A stretch of 64,000 bases of DNA from Candidatus Cloacimonadota bacterium (GCA_021736135.1 JAIPGO010000009.1:704-64703); one strand, 5' to 3'; shown: positions 28,247 to 39,242, counted from the first letter of the stretch. Program-made: numbers and translations. The notes: generated by a model from the sequence alone, not told the origin.

Positions 28247-29095
28247 TTAATCCCAGCCAATTGAAATGACGATGATATTATTATCTTCAATAACCTGATT
28301 GAATAACTCCCTCAATTTATTTTCTTTAAATTGGAAGTCTTTGTCAGTTTCAGTTGATAATATATCCACATCAATGTGATGCCGGATATATTGGAAATAT
28401 TCCAGGGCATGATACACCTTAAATTCATTAACATACATTTGCGTATCAGTCATATAAATTAATTTACGATAAAATTCTAACAGTTCGTCCTCGTTAGGTG
28501 GTCTTTTCATGAGATCATTCTTGATGATTTCAAGATAATTATAATCAATTAACATTCTATTTGTTTCATTTGAAAGCGGATGGTCGATCAGGATATAATG
28601 TTTTACAGCCATAACATCTTCATCATCTATAATGAATTTTTGCATAGAACCGCAGTTTCTCAGACGTTCTATATCTTTTACAGACATAACGATGAATCCA
28701 CTATATTCGCAAGCTCTATAATCCAGCCAGTCGATATATTCAATGCTTGTTATGTTTTGGAGGCTGTCTAAAGGAGTAATTTTGTCTGCGGGTACAACTC
28801 CCAGCATATCAGGTATATAGAAAATCTCTTCAGCGAACTTTCTTCGATGCACTTCATCTGAAAAATAGGGAAGAATATCAGTACCGGGAAGTAATTTATA
28901 TATCTTACGGCTATCAACTCCAATTGCAGACATTTTAGACACATCCCAACCATGAAGCGTTGTATATCCATATAAAGGTTCATCGTTTTCGAAATTTATC
29001 TTAACTCTCAGACAACCGACACAAGCCCAGGGTGCATCAGCGGAAAGAGAAAAGGTCAGTAATAGAAAAAGAACCCCGATTAATAATATCTTCAT
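28247..29095 (-). CDS. Hypothetical secreted protein
   Basis: AGGAGG RBS, signal peptide ending SLSA, CVGC near the mature N-terminus. Confidence 0.7.
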   Translation of the reverse strand: MKILLIGVLFLLLTFSLSADAPWACVGCLRVKINFENDEPLYGYTTLHGWDVSKMSAIGVDSRKIYKLLPGTDILPYFSDEVHRRKFAEEIFYIPDMLGVVPADKITPLDSLQNITSIEYIDWLDYRACEYSGFIVMSVKDIERLRNCGSMQKFIIDDEDVMAVKHYILIDHPLSNETNRMLIDYNYLEIIKNDLMKRPPNEDELLEFYRKLIYMTDTQMYVNEFKVYHALEYFQYIRHHIDVDILSTETDKDFQFKENKLRELFNQVIEDNNIIVISIGWD

Positions 29096-29199
29096 AACAA
29101 TATCCTCCTTAAGTTTTTGGAATACCCTTAAATAAATATCTGAAAATAGATATTCACGTCAAGCATATTCATTAATTCAATATCACATAGTATTTGTGA

Positions 29200-30850
29200 G
29201 ATGTTTATCGTTAGTCGTCAGGAATCAGGTGTGAGTCATTAAAGAAGCATGCCTCCGGTTAAGCTTCCGCCCTGCTGCGCAGTGTTGTATAAAGATGAAA
29301 CTTAGTGGATTTCTTCCAAAATTGGGATTTTACTTCTGAATACTCCAATATCCAGCTTCATTCTTTTGCTTTACAATCTCATATTTGTATTTAAAAAAAG
29401 GCTTTGCGTATTTTCACTCAAACCAAATCATAAAAATACGCAAAGGAATAACTAATGGAAAATGTTAAAAAGTCCCGTAACACAGTCAAGAAAAATGTTG
29501 TTTTTAATGGTTTATCAGTTAAAAATCCTAATTCAGCAGGAATTGATCTCGGATCAAAAGACCATTGGGTTGCCGTATCTCCACACTTAGCAAAAGATCA
29601 TATTAAAAGATTTCCTACTTTCACCTGTAACCTACATGATATCAGCAACTGGCTAAAAAAATGCAATGTAGATTCTGTGGCAATGGAATCTACTGGAATC
29701 TATTGGATACCACTTTATGAATTACTCGAAAAAGATGGTTTTGATGTCAATTTATGTAATGCTCAACACGTTAAGAATCTTCCTGGACGTCAGAAAACAG
29801 ATGCAAAGGACTGTGCCTGGATACAAAAATTACATTCATTTGGATTATTAACCGCTTCTTTTGTACCCAAACTGGATATTCTTGCTCTTCGTACGTTGAT
29901 GAGATATCGTGAAAGGTTACAAAGCGAAAATTCCAGACATATTTTAAGGATGCAGAAAATACTTACTCAAATGAATGTTCTACTTCCCAAAGTACTAAGT
30001 GATATTACTGGAAAAACAGGAACAGATATCATGAAAGCCATAATTTCAGGTAAAACAGATCCCGAGTATTTGATGCAATTCAAAAATAAGCAAGTCAAAG
30101 CATCAGATGAAAATTTTCTGAAAGCACTAAATGGTAATTATCAATATTTCTATATCAAAATTCTATCGTATGAGCTAATACACTACGAATATTTTGTAGA
30201 AGAAATCGAAAAGATCGATAAAGAGGTATCATCTCTTTTAACCATAATGATTAAATCTGAAAATGATGATTACGATGATTCTATCATTTTCACAGAAGCT
30301 GAAAAGTTGATTTCTTTAACTGGTGTTGACCTTACTCAAATACCTGGCTTAGATATATTGAGTATTAGGAAATTAATCGGTGAGACAGGTCTTGATATGA
30401 GTAAATGGAAAGATGCTAAACATTTCGCTAGCTGGTTGAAGCTTTCACCAAATTCAAGAATAAGTGGCGGAAAAATTCTCAGCAATAATAAAAGTCGGAA
30501 GAAACCAAAAGCTGCCATATATTTTAGGATGTGCGCCGGTAGCTTAAGAAACAGTAAAACTTATCTTGGTGGCTTTCTAAGAAGAAAAACAGCTCAGACT
30601 GATTATACAAATGCTCTTACTGCAACTGCTCGCAAAATTGCTGTAATTTACTATAACATGCTTAAAGACAAGTCTTCTTATATTGAATTAGGGAATGATT
30701 ATTATGAAAAGCAGCATAGTGAAAGGGTAACGAGAAATCTAAGGAAATCAGCAGAACGGCTTGGTTTTACTTTGGTTAAGAAAGATGAGTAGAATTCGTA
30801 AACTAATTGGTGTAATTGCTCCAAGGCTTTTAGTACATTGGTGTAAAACC
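29200..30850 (+). mobile_element. IS110-family insertion sequence (ends approximate, not located)
   Basis: Transposase ORF with long non-coding flanks; no terminal IRs found, as expected for many IS110 members. Confidence 0.6.
29455..30792 (+). CDS. IS110 family transposase/recombinase
   Basis: DEDD RuvC residues GIDLG, AMESTG, KTDAKD; IPGL helix-hairpin-helix; SGGK serine loop; A.ARKIA. Confidence 0.95.
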   Translation: MENVKKSRNTVKKNVVFNGLSVKNPNSAGIDLGSKDHWVAVSPHLAKDHIKRFPTFTCNLHDISNWLKKCNVDSVAMESTGIYWIPLYELLEKDGFDVNLCNAQHVKNLPGRQKTDAKDCAWIQKLHSFGLLTASFVPKLDILALRTLMRYRERLQSENSRHILRMQKILTQMNVLLPKVLSDITGKTGTDIMKAIISGKTDPEYLMQFKNKQVKASDENFLKALNGNYQYFYIKILSYELIHYEYFVEEIEKIDKEVSSLLTIMIKSENDDYDDSIIFTEAEKLISLTGVDLTQIPGLDILSIRKLIGETGLDMSKWKDAKHFASWLKLSPNSRISGGKILSNNKSRKKPKAAIYFRMCAGSLRNSKTYLGGFLRRKTAQTDYTNALTATARKIAVIYYNMLKDKSSYIELGNDYYEKQHSERVTRNLRKSAERLGFTLVKKDE

Positions 30851-31305
30851 CGCGGTTAAGCATAGTTGCCTGTATTGCCGTTTATATTATTGGTGGGTTT
30901 GGTAACTATAATTTACCAGATACCCCGTATAGGAGAGTCAAGCTTTTGAATACAGGTGGGCAATTACTATTTGATTTGTTATTATCATAGGATTTCGTTT
31001 GTCTTATAATTATACTATAATGTGCATATTTTGGAGCTACTATAGTTTAGATTAAAACAATTTTAATTTTTTAGCATACACTATCATAGTATCCAAAAAC
31101 CGCTTCATTTCCCCAATATATTGGCAAAATTGGGTGATAAAGAAAAGTTAGTTTCATAGGAGGTATTCCGCAACCGGAGGCTAGGCACCTTTTTTCTCTG
31201 GCGGGGATATAAAATAAATATTTTATGAGAGAAATAAAAGAAGTTGAATGCCAGATCAAAGCGATAATCGATTGACATATATGCCTGGGAAATATTCCTG
31301 CAGCT

Positions 31306-32355
31306 ATGAAATTGAATAAAACATTGCTGGTTGTTGTTTTTTTACTGTCGCTGGTGCTTATGCTGCAGGGCAAGGGAGATAATCTCTGCCTTATGGCTGT
31401 GGGTGACATTATGCCTGGGACTAATTACCCTTCTGAAAGGTATTTACCTGTGGGTGACGGAAGCGGACTGGTCAGTCATAAAGTCAGGGGACAATTGCTG
31501 GGGGCAGATATTTTGTGCGGGAATCTGGAAGGCTGTTTTCTGGATGCGGGAGAACCATCAGAACGGAAGAAGGGAAAGTTTTTATTCCGGATACCGGAAA
31601 AACTGGGGAGTGTTTTAACTTTTAACGGTTTTGATCTTTTATCTTTGGCTAATAATCATGCCGGTGACTTTGGAGATGAGGGTCGCTATAATACACAGAG
31701 AGTACTGGATTCTCTGGGAATTGAGTATGCGGGATTTCTGGAAAAGCCTGCTGCGATAATAGAACATGATGATTATCGGGTAGGATTTCTGGCTTTGGCA
31801 CCTTTTCGCGGGTGTCTTTCGGACTGGCAAAGATATTTCGTGGAAGCAATTATTGATTCACTATCACTGGAGACTGACCTTATTATAGCCTCAATACATT
31901 ATGGCGGGGAAGGTGAAGATTTTCTGCATATTAAAAACGAGGATGAGATATATATGGGCGAAAACCGGGGAAATCCGGTGGCAGTAGCACACTGGCTGGT
32001 GGATTGCGGAGTTGATCTGATTAATGGGCATGGACCGCATGTGCCACGGGCTATGGAATTATACAAGGGCAGGCTGATCGCTTATTCTCTGGGAAATTTT
32101 ATCACCTGGGGAAGATTTTATCTGGAAGGTGAATACCGTCCGCTGGCACCGGTACTGCAGGTTTATTACGATAAAGAGGGCAATTTCATATATGGCAATA
32201 TCATCAGTTGCCGGCAGAATTATGAGCAGGGAGTGGATATTGATGCTGACCGGAAGGCTGCGCAAGTATTGCAGGAATTGAGTGAAACAGATTTTCCCGG
32301 AACTAAATTGCGGTTTCTGGTGGACAAGCGGGGTTTCTGGTTTTATGGGATTTGA
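31306..32355 (+). CDS. CapA/PGA_cap family metallophosphoesterase
   Basis: VGDIM, GNLE, LANNH, IHYG.E, GHGPHV, YSLGNF. Confidence 0.9.
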   Translation: MKLNKTLLVVVFLLSLVLMLQGKGDNLCLMAVGDIMPGTNYPSERYLPVGDGSGLVSHKVRGQLLGADILCGNLEGCFLDAGEPSERKKGKFLFRIPEKLGSVLTFNGFDLLSLANNHAGDFGDEGRYNTQRVLDSLGIEYAGFLEKPAAIIEHDDYRVGFLALAPFRGCLSDWQRYFVEAIIDSLSLETDLIIASIHYGGEGEDFLHIKNEDEIYMGENRGNPVAVAHWLVDCGVDLINGHGPHVPRAMELYKGRLIAYSLGNFITWGRFYLEGEYRPLAPVLQVYYDKEGNFIYGNIISCRQNYEQGVDIDADRKAAQVLQELSETDFPGTKLRFLVDKRGFWFYGI

Positions 32356-32418
32356 GAGGCATTTAAAATGGGACGTATAGGACTTATGGGACGTATAAGC
32401 CCTATACGACGGTAATTT

Positions 32419-34488
32419 TTATTTCAGCAGGAGCATTTTCCGGATGGTGGTGCTGGCTGGAGTCCGGAATTTCAGGAAATATATGCCGGATGTTTCTTTG
32501 GCGGCATTCCAGTAGATTTCGTAAGATCCGGCATCACAGGTTTCGTTCAGGAGTTCTGTGACCAATTGCCCCTTGAGATTATATACGCTGATGTTTACCT
32601 GTTGACTTTCGGATAACTGATATGATATGGTGGTTTGGGGATTAAAGGGATTGGGATAATTACTGAGCAGATGAGTTTGAGTGACTATTTCATTTTCGTC
32701 TCCCGCAAGCAGGGGATCAAAGTAGAAAGTTTCTTTTCTGCTTTCCAGGTAAACGTCATCAAATGCCGCAGCAATAATGAATTCGTAATAATCTGCTTCT
32801 GTGATCTGCTCAACAATATATTCGGAAGTTTCCGAAGGTAATTCTATAAACGTCCAATCCGAAGCGGGAGCATCAACCTGCTTATATTTAACCCATAAAG
32901 TATCGGGAATAGTGATATTCAACCAGTCAAGCTTCAACTGATGATAATAATTCTGCACATATCTGATAATCGGTACTGAAGGTGAATTCATATAAGCAGT
33001 AAGATCAAAACCTGAGTTATAAAAGTCTATTGCTGCAGCGCATTTTTCATCCAGATCATCACTATCAGTTCCAATGAACATGACGGCATACAGGTCTTTT
33101 GTTTCCAGAGGTGCCAAATCATATCTTTTAAAGTATTTCCCGTTTTCATCGGTTTCCAGGTAATCGAGTATACCGTTATTATCACGGTCACCGGTATGCG
33201 GCATTGCTCCATAGATGGAATACATAAAACGGGTATCCTGCGGACAGGTTTGAGCAGTGGGGAAATCCCACAGGGACAAAAATTTATCACCGTTGGGATT
33301 GGCATAATGGGTCATCAGCCAGTATTTTTCATTATGAGTAATAGTACCGGAAGGCAGATCAAAAGCCTGGGAGTCAGAGTCATCAGGACCATCTCCCACA
33401 GCCCAGGTCCAGCAGGAAATGCCATAATCGCAATTCAGCATCCTGGCACCCAGAATACTTTGAGAAAGGCCATCATCGCCATCATAATCGTAACTAAAGG
33501 CATAGTCGTAATCCGGGTCTCCATTATAATTGCTGCCATCATCATTATAAATAGTGTCCCATTCAGCAGGACCGATATCGGCATCAACCATTAAACCATA
33601 ACTGAGATATTTCAGGGTATCTATGGTGGAAGTATTATGTATTTTCCAGTTAACAAAGACCATATCCTCCAGTCCGCAAATAGGATAGCTCCAGGTCTGT
33701 TGTTCAATAGCCAGATGCAGCGGATAATGCGAACTCTGGCTTTTTCCATCTCCCCAGTCCCGTTCAGTGATTGTTCCGAAAGGGCTGTAATCATAATAAT
33801 AGGCAAGGGTAGTTTCAAAACCAGGAGAATCCCAGTCTTCATCACAAATCCCATCCCCGTCATCATCATAAGGAATAGTAAAACACCAGTTTTCTTCGGG
33901 ATCATCAACGGCAAATGGTCTGCCCGGGCTATCCTCATCAGTGAGACCATCATTATCATCATCTGTTCCGGAGAATTGACCATAATTATGTAGAACAACA
34001 TCGCTTAAGTTATATAAGTCGAAAATATTGCAGGCAATCGATTCCAGAGGATTAAAAGCCGGTAAGAATTCCATAACATCGCGGTCACCTTCATATCCGG
34101 TAGTAGTGAGAGTATCTATAACCACATCCAGATCAGGAGTCCACTGGGGGTCAGATTGAGTAACCACATCTTCATTGCTGGATGCATCCGGCAGCCAGTA
34201 AAGCAATTCATCATTGCCATTTCGGCGGTAGCGGGTTGCACTTACCCAGAGATTTGCCTGAAAAAGATGCTCACAATATCCTGCACTTGTAAGATTAGGC
34301 CAGATCAAGCCATCACCATAATTGCCAACATTCCCCAGACAACCGAAATTACTTACTTTTAACCCGAGGTTGCTTTGCTGCAGAACAACCTCATCATCAA
34401 GACCGCGAGTATTCACCTGTTCATTGAGATTACGGGCAAATAGCGAAAATACTGCTAAAAGGGTAACGACTAAGATGATCTTTTTCAT
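32419..34488 (-). CDS. Secreted protein with C-terminal sorting (T9SS/FlgD-type) domain
   Basis: Signal peptide, DDD.DG..DED acidic repeats, NYPNPFNP...IYFL...KMLLLK tail. Confidence 0.85.
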   Translation of the reverse strand: MKKIILVVTLLAVFSLFARNLNEQVNTRGLDDEVVLQQSNLGLKVSNFGCLGNVGNYGDGLIWPNLTSAGYCEHLFQANLWVSATRYRRNGNDELLYWLPDASSNEDVVTQSDPQWTPDLDVVIDTLTTTGYEGDRDVMEFLPAFNPLESIACNIFDLYNLSDVVLHNYGQFSGTDDDNDGLTDEDSPGRPFAVDDPEENWCFTIPYDDDGDGICDEDWDSPGFETTLAYYYDYSPFGTITERDWGDGKSQSSHYPLHLAIEQQTWSYPICGLEDMVFVNWKIHNTSTIDTLKYLSYGLMVDADIGPAEWDTIYNDDGSNYNGDPDYDYAFSYDYDGDDGLSQSILGARMLNCDYGISCWTWAVGDGPDDSDSQAFDLPSGTITHNEKYWLMTHYANPNGDKFLSLWDFPTAQTCPQDTRFMYSIYGAMPHTGDRDNNGILDYLETDENGKYFKRYDLAPLETKDLYAVMFIGTDSDDLDEKCAAAIDFYNSGFDLTAYMNSPSVPIIRYVQNYYHQLKLDWLNITIPDTLWVKYKQVDAPASDWTFIELPSETSEYIVEQITEADYYEFIIAAAFDDVYLESRKETFYFDPLLAGDENEIVTQTHLLSNYPNPFNPQTTISYQLSESQQVNISVYNLKGQLVTELLNETCDAGSYEIYWNAAKETSGIYFLKFRTPASTTIRKMLLLK

Positions 34489-34490
34489 AA

Positions 34491-36701
34491 TTACTCCCCC
34501 TCAATAAATATTTCATTGAACATAGCCTGCAGATCAGCTATTTCCATAAAGGAAAGATTGAAGCCAAAGACAAATGCCTGACTATCCCGGAAGTTATGAT
34601 GAATGGCAATGGGGCTTTCATGGAATTCGGCATACTGTTCTTCGGTAGGTGGATAAAATTCGCAATCGACAGGTTTACAATCATAGCGATAGATTATATC
34701 TGAAGTAATACCTTCCTCTAAAAAGCGGCAGCAGGGGCCTAATCCTGCTCTTGAGGTCACAAGAGAGTTCCAGCCTGGAAGCTGAAGATCAAGATGCGTT
34801 TCCATACCACTGGCAGGAATGGCTCCTATCAGGAAAGGATTAGTAAGAGTACTTGAGGAAATACACTCAACATATTGTTCGGACGAAGAGACGTCTATTC
34901 TCCAGTAATCTTCGAGCACCTTCTCCAGTTTTCCGGAATCATTATACAGGCAATTTGAACAGAGATATGCCAGATTAGCACCAGCGCTCAGGATCAGATT
35001 GCTTTTCTGAGTATGAATATCATAGAGATTATCACATAAACTCCGGTGAAAATATGACCCGGAAGCGCTATCCACGTGTAATATTATCCATTTATAATCA
35101 ATGAGATCACTATGCGCAATCAAAGCTCTCTCAAAATGCATATTGCTGTTATAAGTTCGATATTCCGCAGAAATGATTGATTGATCTTCCAGGTCAATCA
35201 CGCTGACAGCATAAGGGTAACCGGAAAGTGCGTCCAGGTAGATATCGTCAATAGTGTCATCGGGACTCATTAGGTTATCCCTGTCAGCATCAATGATCAA
35301 GAGTGCCTGACGGTCTTCCGGTTCAATATAATCATAAATCCTGAACTGAAAAACTGCCGGTTCCGGATCAATATTACCGAAATTATCGGCAGCACGAACG
35401 GAGAAAGTATGCCAGCCCGGCTCCAGGTTTTCCAGCATGATCTGCCTGCAATGCGGGTGCAAAGCTCTGATCCTTAACCAGCCCGGCGTAAGTTCTTCAG
35501 CAGCGGAACCATAATAATCTGTTTGCACTGCCTGCCCATCAAGCTGCATTTCATACCATTCGATTTCGGCAGAATATTGCGTTGTGCCATCAGGATTTGT
35601 AAGTAAGCCGATTTCTTTATCAAAAGGGTTATTCGTGATTTCAGGAGGCCATCCATGAAATCCGGGTTCACCATATTGTCCCCAATATCCCCATTCCAGA
35701 TAAAACTGCAGGTCGGGGCTTTCCAAGGCAGTATAATCTCCTTCGAAATTAATATCAAAAGGAGCAGCATAGTGCGTTTCACCGGCTACTGTTTTCTGAG
35801 GCAGATCGTAATTAATATTCTTTAAAGCGCCATGCCGTTCCAGGTCATAGTGGTGTTCTCCCAGAAGCCAGCAACGGTTATAATCCCAAATAACGTTCAT
35901 ATCCGTACCGGGTTCAATGCCGTTATAAATAATAGTTTCGGGATGATTAAATTCATCCTGACAGGCGAAACTCAGGGAAGCTGGATTATCACTATCAGCA
36001 AAACCGGAACGGGTTACCACATAAACTTCCAGTTGATAGAGTTCATTTTCTGAAAGAGGCAACAGGGCAGGAGTGCTCACTGTGGATAATTCCAGAGCTC
36101 TGATATCCGTTTGCGCCAGAGAATTATACCATTCACCAGTAGATTGTAGAATCCCGTCAAGATCAGTAACATTGAGACGATACATGAAATGATCGGCATA
36201 GAAGCCATCTGTAAAGAAATTACTGATAGTTTCCGTTACTTTGAACCGATAACAGTTTCCCACGCTCAATCCCTCAACAGGAGCGAGGATCAAAGTGCCC
36301 ACCAGTCGCCGGTCACAAATCTGCAAATTCTCCTCCTGCTGGTCAGGAGTGCGATATTCTATATCCAGAAACTGGATGGCATCAGTCAGCTTACCCGAAG
36401 TTAGAGAAAATTCAAATAAGATATCCTTTTCCGTAAGCCAGCGACTGCCTTTTTTTATGTACCAGCCATCCTGATCATACTCTCCTGAAACAGGTAATTC
36501 CCCGGAAAAAGTATGAGGTTTGATGGAATATTCCAGCAGGTTTTCCATATCGACAATAAGCTGCTGCTGATAATAATCTTCCGATTGAACTCCTGAAAAA
36601 TCAAATGACGATATAATGGGCAAATTTTCACTTTCTGCCGTGTTTCTGAAACTGCACCCCATTATAAGTAATAGACTAATTGCTATAATTATCTGTTTCA
36701 T
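34491..36701 (-). CDS. Large lipoprotein of unknown function
   Basis: IMGC lipobox after ATG 36701; Ig-like LEPGWHTFSVRAAD.GN.DP motif. Confidence 0.75.
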   Translation of the reverse strand: MKQIIIAISLLLIMGCSFRNTAESENLPIISSFDFSGVQSEDYYQQQLIVDMENLLEYSIKPHTFSGELPVSGEYDQDGWYIKKGSRWLTEKDILFEFSLTSGKLTDAIQFLDIEYRTPDQQEENLQICDRRLVGTLILAPVEGLSVGNCYRFKVTETISNFFTDGFYADHFMYRLNVTDLDGILQSTGEWYNSLAQTDIRALELSTVSTPALLPLSENELYQLEVYVVTRSGFADSDNPASLSFACQDEFNHPETIIYNGIEPGTDMNVIWDYNRCWLLGEHHYDLERHGALKNINYDLPQKTVAGETHYAAPFDINFEGDYTALESPDLQFYLEWGYWGQYGEPGFHGWPPEITNNPFDKEIGLLTNPDGTTQYSAEIEWYEMQLDGQAVQTDYYGSAAEELTPGWLRIRALHPHCRQIMLENLEPGWHTFSVRAADNFGNIDPEPAVFQFRIYDYIEPEDRQALLIIDADRDNLMSPDDTIDDIYLDALSGYPYAVSVIDLEDQSIISAEYRTYNSNMHFERALIAHSDLIDYKWIILHVDSASGSYFHRSLCDNLYDIHTQKSNLILSAGANLAYLCSNCLYNDSGKLEKVLEDYWRIDVSSSEQYVECISSSTLTNPFLIGAIPASGMETHLDLQLPGWNSLVTSRAGLGPCCRFLEEGITSDIIYRYDCKPVDCEFYPPTEEQYAEFHESPIAIHHNFRDSQAFVFGFNLSFMEIADLQAMFNEIFIEGE

Positions 36702-37057
36702 GTTTGCCTCCAGCATAATTCACTTATAATATAATTATCTGTCAATAATATAATTTTCCACCATAGTCAGGTAACAAATTGTGAGTGGTTACAACTGTGT
36801 AGTTGGTAGTTATAATGACATAATTATCATCGATAGCAGGAAAAATGCAGGCTTTTATAGGACTTATGGGACGAATAGGACTAATACAGTTTTGGGATGG
36901 GGAAATTCTGCTTGACATCAGGTAAAATTAGGGAAAATAGGGAATGTCGCCTTTAATAATGCACAGCACTGATTCCTACCCTGGAGGGAGAGTCTGCTTT
37001 CTGCGCTGAGCAGAAAGGGTATCAGAATTATATCAAAAAAGAATAAAGGAGCATGGT

Positions 37058-39229
37058 ATGGATGTAAAAAACCTGAAAGCCAGTCACAAGCTGCTGAAAG
37101 AACAATCTTACGAAGTTGTTGAGTTAGAGCGCGGTTATGCCGGAAAGACGCTTTATATCAATCTTGATGACAACACTATTTTGGAAAAACCTGTGACTGC
37201 TGAGATGAAAGAGAAATTCATTGGAGGCAAGGGATTTGGACTGCGCCTGTTATGGGATGGGACGCGTCCGGAAACAAAATGGGATGATAATGATAATGAG
37301 ATCATCATCGCCGGTGGACCAATTTGCGGGATCACGCAATATGCCGGAGCAGGTAAAAGCCTGGTAGTAAGCATCTCCCCCACTACGGATGTGGTAATTG
37401 ACAGCAATGTGGGCGGATATTTCGGACCTTACCTGAAATTCAGTGGTTTTGATGCCCTCGAAATCCAGGGAAAAGCAAAGAAAGATGTGATCATTGTTAT
37501 TGACGGAACCACGGGTACCGTGAGTATTAAAGAAGCAGGCGGAGAAGCAGCAGACAGCCATATTATGGCGGAGCAGTTGACTGAGATGTATGCCTCCAGC
37601 GATAAACCGATTGATAAAATGAAAGTTGCCGTTGTCAGTGCCGGTTCTGCCGCAGACCACAGTTATATTGGCATGCTTAATTTCAGTTTTTACGATCTGC
37701 AGCGCCAGGTTTGCCGGCTGAAACAGGCAGGACGTGGCGGCATCGGCAGCGTTTTCCGAAACAAAGGGATACGCGCCATCGTCTGCAAGAGTAACGGCGT
37801 GAAAGGTGATATGAACCATGTGGTCAATATGGAAGCCATTCAGGAGCGCGGTAAGAATTTCACCAAAGAAATGAATGACTTTGATGATGAACAGTGCCAG
37901 ATGCGGAAAGTGGGTACAGCCCACCTGATGGAGATCATGGATGCTTATGACCTGCTGCCCACGCATAATTTCCAGTATGGCAAGGCAAGAGATGTGCATA
38001 AGAATATTGACGATATCAATAGTCACGTATGGACGGATAAATTTACACCGCGCAGCAGTGACGGCTGCTGGCTGGGCTGCACGATGGCTTGCGCAAAAGT
38101 ATCGGAGAATTTTAAGGTACGCACGGGACCTTATAAGGGGAAAACGGTGCATGTGGACGGACCCGAATATGAGTCAGCAGCGGGACTTGGCTCTAATATG
38201 GGAAACTTTGATCCTGATGCTATATTGGAATTGAATTTTTACTGCGATACTTATGGAATTGACACTATTTCCTTCGGCACGATGACGGCGTTTGCCATGG
38301 AATGCTATGAAAAAGGGATCATAAATAAAGAAATAACCGGTGGACTAGAGCTTAAATTCGGCAATGCGGACGCAGCGCTGGAAGCCATGCATCAGATGGC
38401 ACGCGGTGAAGGTTTTGGTGTGATTTTGGGTCAAGGCACTAAAAGAATGACAAAGATATTCCATGAACAATATGGTGGCGACCTGAAATTCATGCAGGAT
38501 ATTGGTATGCAGAATAAAGGACTGGAATACAGCCAGTACGTATCCAAGGAATCACTCGCTCAGCAGGGCGGATATGCCATGACCAATAAAGGTCCGCAGC
38601 ATGATGAAGCATGGCTTATCTTTATGGATATGGTCAATAACCAGATACCTACATTTGAAGATAAAGCGGAAGCCCTCCACTATTTCCCCATGTTCAGAAC
38701 CTGGTTCGGACTGATGGGACTCTGCAAACTACCGTGGAACGATGTGGAACCGGCAGGAAATGCCAAAACTGCTGAACCGGCAAAAGTGCCGGAACACGTT
38801 GATAATTACGTTACCATCTATAATGCCGTCACGGGGAGTAACATTGATAAGGTAGAAATGGTGCGTCAGAGCGAACGGGTATATAATTTCCAGAGGATAT
38901 TCAATATCCGCCGCGGATATGGACTCAGAAAGAATGATGCCCAGCCATATCGCGCCTGCGGACCGGTAACTGAAGCTGAATACTTGAGCAGAAGTGCCCG
39001 ATATGATAAAGAACTGACCGAAAAAATAGGTCTTGATCCCGCGAAAATGAGCCTGAAGGAGAAAATGGCAGCAGTGCGCAAATACCGCGAAGACAGATAT
39101 GAACAGCTTCTGGATGCAGTATATTTACGCAGAGGCTGGAACAGTAACGGTGTACCGAAAATCGAGCACTTACAGAATATAGGAATGGTTCTGCCGGAAC
39201 TTATCGACGTAATAACTCCGCTGCAGTAA
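37058..39229 (+). CDS. aor: Aldehyde:ferredoxin oxidoreductase family (tungstopterin) enzyme
   Basis: FIGGKG, SNVGG.FG..LKFSG.D, AGRGG.G, GC..GC..AC, GPEYE, CD.YGIDTIS, Y..RGW. Confidence 0.93.
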   Translation: MDVKNLKASHKLLKEQSYEVVELERGYAGKTLYINLDDNTILEKPVTAEMKEKFIGGKGFGLRLLWDGTRPETKWDDNDNEIIIAGGPICGITQYAGAGKSLVVSISPTTDVVIDSNVGGYFGPYLKFSGFDALEIQGKAKKDVIIVIDGTTGTVSIKEAGGEAADSHIMAEQLTEMYASSDKPIDKMKVAVVSAGSAADHSYIGMLNFSFYDLQRQVCRLKQAGRGGIGSVFRNKGIRAIVCKSNGVKGDMNHVVNMEAIQERGKNFTKEMNDFDDEQCQMRKVGTAHLMEIMDAYDLLPTHNFQYGKARDVHKNIDDINSHVWTDKFTPRSSDGCWLGCTMACAKVSENFKVRTGPYKGKTVHVDGPEYESAAGLGSNMGNFDPDAILELNFYCDTYGIDTISFGTMTAFAMECYEKGIINKEITGGLELKFGNADAALEAMHQMARGEGFGVILGQGTKRMTKIFHEQYGGDLKFMQDIGMQNKGLEYSQYVSKESLAQQGGYAMTNKGPQHDEAWLIFMDMVNNQIPTFEDKAEALHYFPMFRTWFGLMGLCKLPWNDVEPAGNAKTAEPAKVPEHVDNYVTIYNAVTGSNIDKVEMVRQSERVYNFQRIFNIRRGYGLRKNDAQPYRACGPVTEAEYLSRSARYDKELTEKIGLDPAKMSLKEKMAAVRKYREDRYEQLLDAVYLRRGWNSNGVPKIEHLQNIGMVLPELIDVITPLQ

Positions 39230-39242
39230 GAGAATATTAATA

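Noticed and set aside
31306-32355. Poly-gamma-glutamate capsule locus
   Set aside because: Only a CapA-family gene is present; no capB or capC nearby
36945-37030. Named riboswitch (Moco/Tuco) or PyrR element
   Set aside because: Consensus motifs could not be matched by eye; kept only as a low-interest structured leader
37250-38152. 300-aa antisense ORF
   Set aside because: Lies wholly opposite aor and has no recognisable motifs; shadow ORF
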